Below, piece by piece: positions 57,052 through 64,000 of a stretch of 64,000 nt of DNA. The stretch is from Candidatus Bilamarchaeaceae archaeon. Lineage in GTDB: Archaea; Micrarchaeota; Micrarchaeia; Anstonellales; Bilamarchaeaceae. Within the stretch, counting starts at the first letter, position 1; each line of letters begins with the position of its first letter. The stretch covers positions 212,839 to 276,838 of the forward strand of contig JAVZJR010000001.1 of assembly GCA_038870635.1 (NCBI GenBank). The letters run 5' to 3'. The notes under the pieces were generated by a model. The model saw only the letters and a program-made list of their open reading frames with translations. It was not told where the DNA came from and did no database searches. Made by a program: the position numbers and the translations under genes.

Positions 57052-57611
57052 AAAAAAATCTTCAAGAGAATAAAGAATTAATCGAAAGAATGCAAAAAGA
57101 TGAAAAATTAACACAACTGATAGAAGATGTTTCAAAAAAAATAATAGAATGCTATAAAAATGGTGGTAAAACTATATTTTTTGGCAATGGAGGGTCAGCA
57201 GCAGATGCTCAACATGCTGCAGCTGAATTTATAGGTAAATACTTTAAAGACAGAAAAGCACTACCTTCTATTGCGCTAACGACTAATACATCTGCATTAA
57301 CTGCAATAGGAAACGATTATAGTTACGATGAGGTTTTCAAAAGGCAACTCGAGGGTTTACTAAACGAGGGAGATGTTGTTGTAGGAATATCGACAAGCGG
57401 CAACTCACCCAATGTTGTAAAAGCGCTAGAATACGCAAAAAATAATGGCGCCATTACTGTTGCTTTAGTAGGAGCAAAAAAATGTAGATTAGAGGAAATT
57501 GCAGATATATGTATAAAAATACCAAGTGAATCAACGCCAAGAATACAAGAAATGCATGAACTTTTATTACACACGATATGTGAAATTGTTGAAAAAGAAC
57601 TATTTCCTTGA
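57033..57611 (+). CDS. gmhA: Sedoheptulose 7-phosphate isomerase
   Basis: FGNGGSAADAQH.AAE, TAIGNDY, ISTSGNS.N, RIQEMH. Confidence 0.96.
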   Translation: MEDSILKKNLQENKELIERMQKDEKLTQLIEDVSKKIIECYKNGGKTIFFGNGGSAADAQHAAAEFIGKYFKDRKALPSIALTTNTSALTAIGNDYSYDEVFKRQLEGLLNEGDVVVGISTSGNSPNVVKALEYAKNNGAITVALVGAKKCRLEEIADICIKIPSESTPRIQEMHELLLHTICEIVEKELFP

Positions 57612-58880
57612 TTTTTTGTAAAGTTTTTTAATTAATTTAGCTGCCTCTAATAAGTCATTCACCACAAATGACGGAGTGGCAACATAATTTTTATCTTTTC
57701 CTTTTAAACCTTTTTTTACTAAGATAGTGGTGCTGCCCACAATATTCCCCATTAATATATCGGCAGAAGAATCACCGACAACATAAGATGAAGAAAGATC
57801 TATTCTAAATTTTTTTTGTATTTTTAAAAGCATCCCTGGTTTTGGTTTTCTACATTCACAATTATCTTCTGGCCTGTGAGGACAAACAAAAATACCATTT
57901 ACTTTTATATTATTTATTTTGAATACTTCTAACATTTTTTTGTGAATTCTTGAAAGCATATTTTTAGTTGCTATTCCTCTACCAATCATAGATTGATTAG
58001 TAACTATAAATATTGGCAGTTTAAGTTTTGAGAGTTTTTTTAAAGCAGGGATAGAATTTTTTTCAAATACAAATTCGTGTGGAAACTTTACATAGTCAAA
58101 ACGATGCTTATTTATAACCCCATCTCTGTCAAGAAAGATTGCTGGTTTTCCTTTTTCCCTATTTTTAAAAAATTCTTCAGCTTGTTTAAGAGATTGGAAA
58201 GTACCAATATCAAGAAAAAAACCCTTACCGTGGTAAGCGAATAATTTCTTTTTTGCAGCAAAGAGTGGAAACACATCCTTTTCTATAGAAAAAATGCGAG
58301 GCAACCTTCCTTTTTTTAAGAGGGAATGTAAATACCTTATAGCTGCTGAATTAAAAAGATAAACACCTGCATTGAAAAGCCCAAAACCACTTTTTTGTTT
58401 TTCTAGAAATTCTTTAACTAAGCCATTTTTTTCTATTACGATAGAACCGCGATCCTTAAGTTCACCCTCCATAGCATAGATGCTTGCCCATGCTTTTTTT
58501 TGGTTATGAAAAGATATGAAACTATCAAGATCAAAATTTAGATAAGTATCACCATTAAAAAGCAAAATTGGCTTGGTAACCGCTTCTGAAAATGCATTAA
58601 GAAGAGCCCCACCGGTCCCAAGAGGCTCTTTTTCTTCTGAATAAGTAATACGAAGACCGAACTTTTTTCCTTCACCACAAAAACGTTTTACCATTTTTCC
58701 CTTATATCCTAGTAGAAGAACAACTTCTTTTAAGCCTAACAAAGAAAGTTGGGATAATAGATAATACAAAAAAGGTTTTTTGTTTATTTTTATAAGTGGT
58801 TTTGGTATTTTTAACGTAAGAGGTCTTAAACGGGTTCCTAACCCACCTACAAGAATAGCAACTATTGGTTTTTCAACCAT
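57600..58880 (-). CDS. Fused heptose 1-phosphate nucleotidyltransferase (HddC-like) and heptose 1,7-bisphosphate phosphatase (GmhB-like)
   Basis: GGLGTRLRP...PKPL, EPLGTGGA, NGDTY; then FLDRDGVIN, VTNQS, CPH..C.CRKPKPGM, VGD. Confidence 0.9.
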   Translation of the reverse strand: MVEKPIVAILVGGLGTRLRPLTLKIPKPLIKINKKPFLYYLLSQLSLLGLKEVVLLLGYKGKMVKRFCGEGKKFGLRITYSEEKEPLGTGGALLNAFSEAVTKPILLFNGDTYLNFDLDSFISFHNQKKAWASIYAMEGELKDRGSIVIEKNGLVKEFLEKQKSGFGLFNAGVYLFNSAAIRYLHSLLKKGRLPRIFSIEKDVFPLFAAKKKLFAYHGKGFFLDIGTFQSLKQAEEFFKNREKGKPAIFLDRDGVINKHRFDYVKFPHEFVFEKNSIPALKKLSKLKLPIFIVTNQSMIGRGIATKNMLSRIHKKMLEVFKINNIKVNGIFVCPHRPEDNCECRKPKPGMLLKIQKKFRIDLSSSYVVGDSSADILMGNIVGSTTILVKKGLKGKDKNYVATPSFVVNDLLEAAKLIKKLYKKSRK

Positions 58881-58964
58881 TTTTACACCTTTACATACAA
58901 AACTTACTAAATACCATCCACTTGTATATTTTTAAGCAATATTGATTACTTACATTATGATTTT

Positions 58965-60071
58965 ATGAAAATCTTACAAGCAGTGCATGCTTTTCCTCCA
59001 AGCCAGGGAGGAATAGAACATCACGTCTATCATCTTAGCAAGGAACTTGTAAAAATGGATAACGAAGTAGTTGTAGTAACAACAAACGAAAAAGGACAAA
59101 AAAGTGAAGAAAAACTAGAAGGAATTGAAATAAAACGTCTTCCAGCCATAAAATTTCCGCTTTTTTCAGCAGCAAGATTGCCTATCGGTGCGTGTATTAC
59201 AATGATAAAAGAAAATGCAGACATATATGCTTCGCATGGTTATGGATCTATTATGCCTCTCTTTACAGCAATGGCGGCCTTAGTGAGAAAAAAACCCTTT
59301 ATATTTACACTTCATGGCTATCCAATAGTAAAAGGAAAAAGAAAAATTTTCTATTATTTTTATAGATTATTTATTGCGCCTGTTTTTTTAGCACTTGCCA
59401 CAAAAGTAATCGTTGTTTCTCGAGCATCTTTACCTTTTATAACTAAAGAAGTATCAAAAAATAAGATCGTATATATACCTAATGGAATAGACGAAAAATT
59501 TGACTGCAAGCTGGATTATGAAAACAAAAAATATATTACATATATTGGAAGACTAGATGAAGATAAAGGCATAGATATACTCATCAAAGCATACTCAAGA
59601 ATAAATAAAAAATACCCTAACCTAAAACTCCAAATTGTGGGAAAAGACGAAGGAATAAAAAACAAATTACAAAAACTTGCAGAAAAATTAAACGTTGAAC
59701 TAATATTCAAAGAAACACCTTATGACAGAATAAAAGAGGTGTATTGCGAAAGTAAAGCAATAGTACTGCCAAGTAAGTATGAGGGTTTTAGTCTTGTTTG
59801 GCTTGAAGCCACAGCGTCAGGCAGGCCGATGTTCTCAACACCTGTAGGGGAAGCGCCGGCTTTTTTTGAGCAAGTTTATGAAAAAAACAAAGATTTGTTT
59901 TTGTTTAAAGACGAAAACGAATTAGTAAAAAAACTTGATGAATTTTTGACTGATGAAAATAAATACAAAAAAATAATAGAAAGAGCAAAGTATATTGTTC
60001 ATGAAGAATATTCCTGGGAAAACATTGCATTACAAACTCTAAATGTATATAAAGAAATAGTCAAAAAATAA
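58965..60071 (+). CDS. Glycosyltransferase family 4
   Basis: FPP..GGIE, IPNGID, IGRL...KG, EGFSLVWLEA. Confidence 0.92.
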   Translation: MKILQAVHAFPPSQGGIEHHVYHLSKELVKMDNEVVVVTTNEKGQKSEEKLEGIEIKRLPAIKFPLFSAARLPIGACITMIKENADIYASHGYGSIMPLFTAMAALVRKKPFIFTLHGYPIVKGKRKIFYYFYRLFIAPVFLALATKVIVVSRASLPFITKEVSKNKIVYIPNGIDEKFDCKLDYENKKYITYIGRLDEDKGIDILIKAYSRINKKYPNLKLQIVGKDEGIKNKLQKLAEKLNVELIFKETPYDRIKEVYCESKAIVLPSKYEGFSLVWLEATASGRPMFSTPVGEAPAFFEQVYEKNKDLFLFKDENELVKKLDEFLTDENKYKKIIERAKYIVHEEYSWENIALQTLNVYKEIVKK

Positions 60072-61919
60072 TCAACTATACTTAATTTTGTATATCGCTG
60101 CTATCTTTTGCTCGTTTTCTTTATAACTCCAAACTTCTTCTAAATATTTATCCAAGCCTGGGTGCCATGGTCTTTCAATACTTCGATAATTTTCATAAGA
60201 TACTATCAAAAGAGGGTATTGACGAACATACCAAACCTTAACAGAGGGATCGATCCATGTTGTGGTATTAATATACTTTATATTATTTTTATCCAAATAC
60301 GCACGATTAGATGGAGTATCAAAAGTCAATAAAGGATCGAAAGGATAAATCGTACTCTTATCGGGCGCTAAACCGAAATCTAAAAACACCCAATTAATAT
60401 CCCAATAAAGATAAGTTATATTATACTTTTTTAAGAGTGTTAAACGTTCTTCATCATTATTTCCATAAAGTATTATTGCTGCTTCAAGATCGCGCTGTGG
60501 CGTATCAGCATAGGGGTCATTTTGGTGCGCCCATCTATTTGTGACTAATTTTCTACCCGTAAGAGCATTAAGTATAAAACCAAGTTCTTTTTGAGAAAGA
60601 AAAATATCATTTACTGATGTATTATGTTTTACGTAAGTGGCTGCAGATGTAAAAGATTGAGGAATGGGATAATAAGCATTTTTAAAAAAAACATTATTTT
60701 CTCTTCCAGCAGTACCATTTTGCACTATCAAATAAAAAAGTATGACAAAAGTAACAAAGAAAACAAAACTATTTTTTTGTAAGTTTATAAAAGTTTTTTG
60801 TTTTTCTAGGAAAAAAGTACCGCATAAAAACAACACTGGAATAAAAGCTATGCTACGAATGTAATTGTTAATAAAATTAATATGAAGTAAAGGTTCTGTT
60901 ATAAAATAAGAAAGCATCGCAGATAAAACCCCTACAAGGGCTATATAAATAAAAGTGCTCTTTTTATCTTCTTGCCATTTTTTTAGATTAAGAATAAGAG
61001 AAACCGCTGCAAAAATAAAAAAGAAAGACGAAATATTAGAAAAATTAAGAAAATAAAGTTGGATGGTATCAAAAATAAACCAAATCTGCACATCAATCAA
61101 ACCAAAATCTGGAATATCCATGTGTACTCTGTCGTAGGCAGGTTTAAGATGATAAAAAAAGATTGGTTGATAAAAATAGAGTAAGATTATAGGTATGCTA
61201 ATAAACAAAAAAGCAAGTAGTGGTATTCTATTTTGAATTACAACTGATTTCAAGTCTTCTTTTTTTATAGTTAGAAAATAGAGTTTATAGACAACAAAGA
61301 ATCCCAAGATAAAAGATGCAGAAATAAAAACAACCAAATGGGAAATTGAAAGGATAGAGTAAAAAAAAGCAAAAGCGGTGGTATTTTTTAAATTAAAGTT
61401 ATTATACGTTTCATATAAAAAAAATAAAAACAAAGGAAAAACAACAAGATAGGTAAAATTTGTATATTTTATTATCGGAAATGCAAGGGGATTTTCTACT
61501 GCTAAGAAAAAAAATAAAACGCATAATAATGCAAGGTTATTGTTATCTACAAATTTTTTTATAAGAAAAAACCAAATTAATGGAATAATGAATGCTAAAA
61601 TAACTGAAAAATATACTAAAGCGTGAAAAGCATCCATTCCTGTTATAATGGCAAATAAAGCAACAACTATAGAAAAAAGCGGTAGATAACCAGGCATGCG
61701 ACCGCCACTGAGTGATGAACTCTCAAAAGGGTTACCTCCTTCTAAAATGTTTATTACAGAACCAAGTTGATAATACATATCTCCCCCAAAAATAGGTGAG
61801 GGCAACGCCTGAAATTTTGAAACTATATCATAAGTGGAATAAGCAAAAAAAACACAAAAAAACAATAGAAGGACATATGGAAAAAATACAACTGGAAAAT
61901 TAAATCTCATAAACCACAT
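60072..61919 (-). CDS. Multi-pass membrane protein, GT-C-like architecture
   Basis: N-terminal loop GGDMYYQ...YLPLF, ~12 TMs, soluble C-terminal domain (LLKKYNITYLY). Confidence 0.6.
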   Translation of the reverse strand: MWFMRFNFPVVFFPYVLLLFFCVFFAYSTYDIVSKFQALPSPIFGGDMYYQLGSVINILEGGNPFESSSLSGGRMPGYLPLFSIVVALFAIITGMDAFHALVYFSVILAFIIPLIWFFLIKKFVDNNNLALLCVLFFFLAVENPLAFPIIKYTNFTYLVVFPLFLFFLYETYNNFNLKNTTAFAFFYSILSISHLVVFISASFILGFFVVYKLYFLTIKKEDLKSVVIQNRIPLLAFLFISIPIILLYFYQPIFFYHLKPAYDRVHMDIPDFGLIDVQIWFIFDTIQLYFLNFSNISSFFFIFAAVSLILNLKKWQEDKKSTFIYIALVGVLSAMLSYFITEPLLHINFINNYIRSIAFIPVLFLCGTFFLEKQKTFINLQKNSFVFFVTFVILFYLIVQNGTAGRENNVFFKNAYYPIPQSFTSAATYVKHNTSVNDIFLSQKELGFILNALTGRKLVTNRWAHQNDPYADTPQRDLEAAIILYGNNDEERLTLLKKYNITYLYWDINWVFLDFGLAPDKSTIYPFDPLLTFDTPSNRAYLDKNNIKYINTTTWIDPSVKVWYVRQYPLLIVSYENYRSIERPWHPGLDKYLEEVWSYKENEQKIAAIYKIKYS

Positions 61920-62012
61920 TATTTTCTAAGTGGTTAAAAACATATCTAAAGAGCGACTAGTTCTTACAGAAAATAACAAATCATTTTAATATATTAGCAG
62001 GAATATAGCGAT

Positions 62013-62672
62013 ATGAAAATAGCAGTATTACTTCCCACTTATAATGAAGAAGAAGAGATTGGGAAAATATTAAAAGACATAAAAAAATTAAATAATGAAA
62101 TAAAAAGTTATGTTGTTGATAGCGGTTCAAAAGACAAAACTGTTTTTATAGCAAAAAACACTGGAGCTTCAGTAATAGAAATCTCTAAAAGAGGAAAGGC
62201 TATGGCTGTAAGGGAGGCCTTAAAAAAAATAAATGAAGAGTATTTAGTTATGATGGACTCGGACGGAAGCTATTCTATAAAAGATATCAGTTTAATTATA
62301 GAAAAACTAAAAGAAGCAGATGTTGTAATAGGTTCGAGATTAAAGGGAAGTATAGAGAGGGGGGCCATGGCAGAAATAAATAGAATCGGGAACATTTTTT
62401 TGAGTTTTTTAGCAAGTCTTATTTATGGAAAACAAATAAGCGATGTTTGCTCGGGTATGTGGGGTTTTAGGAAAAAAGCTTACAAACAATTAGACATAAA
62501 AGCAAAACATTTTGAGTTAGAAGTTGATTTGTTTGCAAACTGTGCCAAAAAAAATTTCAAAATAATAGAGGTGCCAATAACTTATAAAAAAAGGACAGGA
62601 AAAACAAAACTAAATCCTTTTGTTGATGGAACAAAAATAGCATTTCATTTAATAAAGAGAAGATTTTTTTAA
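62013..62672 (+). CDS. Glycosyltransferase family 2 (polyprenol-phosphate glycosyltransferase-like)
   Basis: PTYNEE, VDSGSKD.T, MDSDGSY, VIGSR, DVCSG, EVPI.Y..R.G.TKL. Confidence 0.9.
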   Translation: MKIAVLLPTYNEEEEIGKILKDIKKLNNEIKSYVVDSGSKDKTVFIAKNTGASVIEISKRGKAMAVREALKKINEEYLVMMDSDGSYSIKDISLIIEKLKEADVVIGSRLKGSIERGAMAEINRIGNIFLSFLASLIYGKQISDVCSGMWGFRKKAYKQLDIKAKHFELEVDLFANCAKKNFKIIEVPITYKKRTGKTKLNPFVDGTKIAFHLIKRRFF

Positions 62673-62692
62673 ATAGTGTACCTATTTAAAAC

Positions 62693-63999
<1,307 letters not shown>

Positions 64000-64000
64000 T

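Overview
Gene-dense, AT-rich archaeal chromosome segment, most consistent with a DPANN archaeon (Micrarchaeota-like; inferred from TBP, PCNA, Rpo4-eL21, eS26, Taw1, archaeal TPI/TrpRS, BHB-intron tRNAs and many Cys-rich FGC/AGC lipoprotein-type ORFs). It has three parts. (i) Housekeeping genes and six tRNA genes; four tRNAs carry introns, three of them at the non-canonical D-loop position 15/16. (ii) A ~15 kb uncharacterised envelope locus (7514-22825): six tandem, translationally coupled, paralogous multi-pass membrane proteins whose motifs resemble CedA/VirB6 channel proteins, then a 1507-aa Cys-rich lipoprotein, with a divergent 1078-aa single-pass protein on a shared promoter region. This is the best candidate for an undescribed secretion, DNA-transfer or host-contact apparatus. 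(iii) A ~20 kb surface-glycan locus (44030-63622) with a complete GDP-D-glycero-D-manno-heptose pathway, Campylobacter-capsule-like heptose-modifying enzymes, amino-, acyl- and carbamoyl-transferases, a flippase and a decayed gene pair. No rRNA, CRISPR array, integrase or transposase was seen. All calls come from motif recognition by eye; no searches were run.
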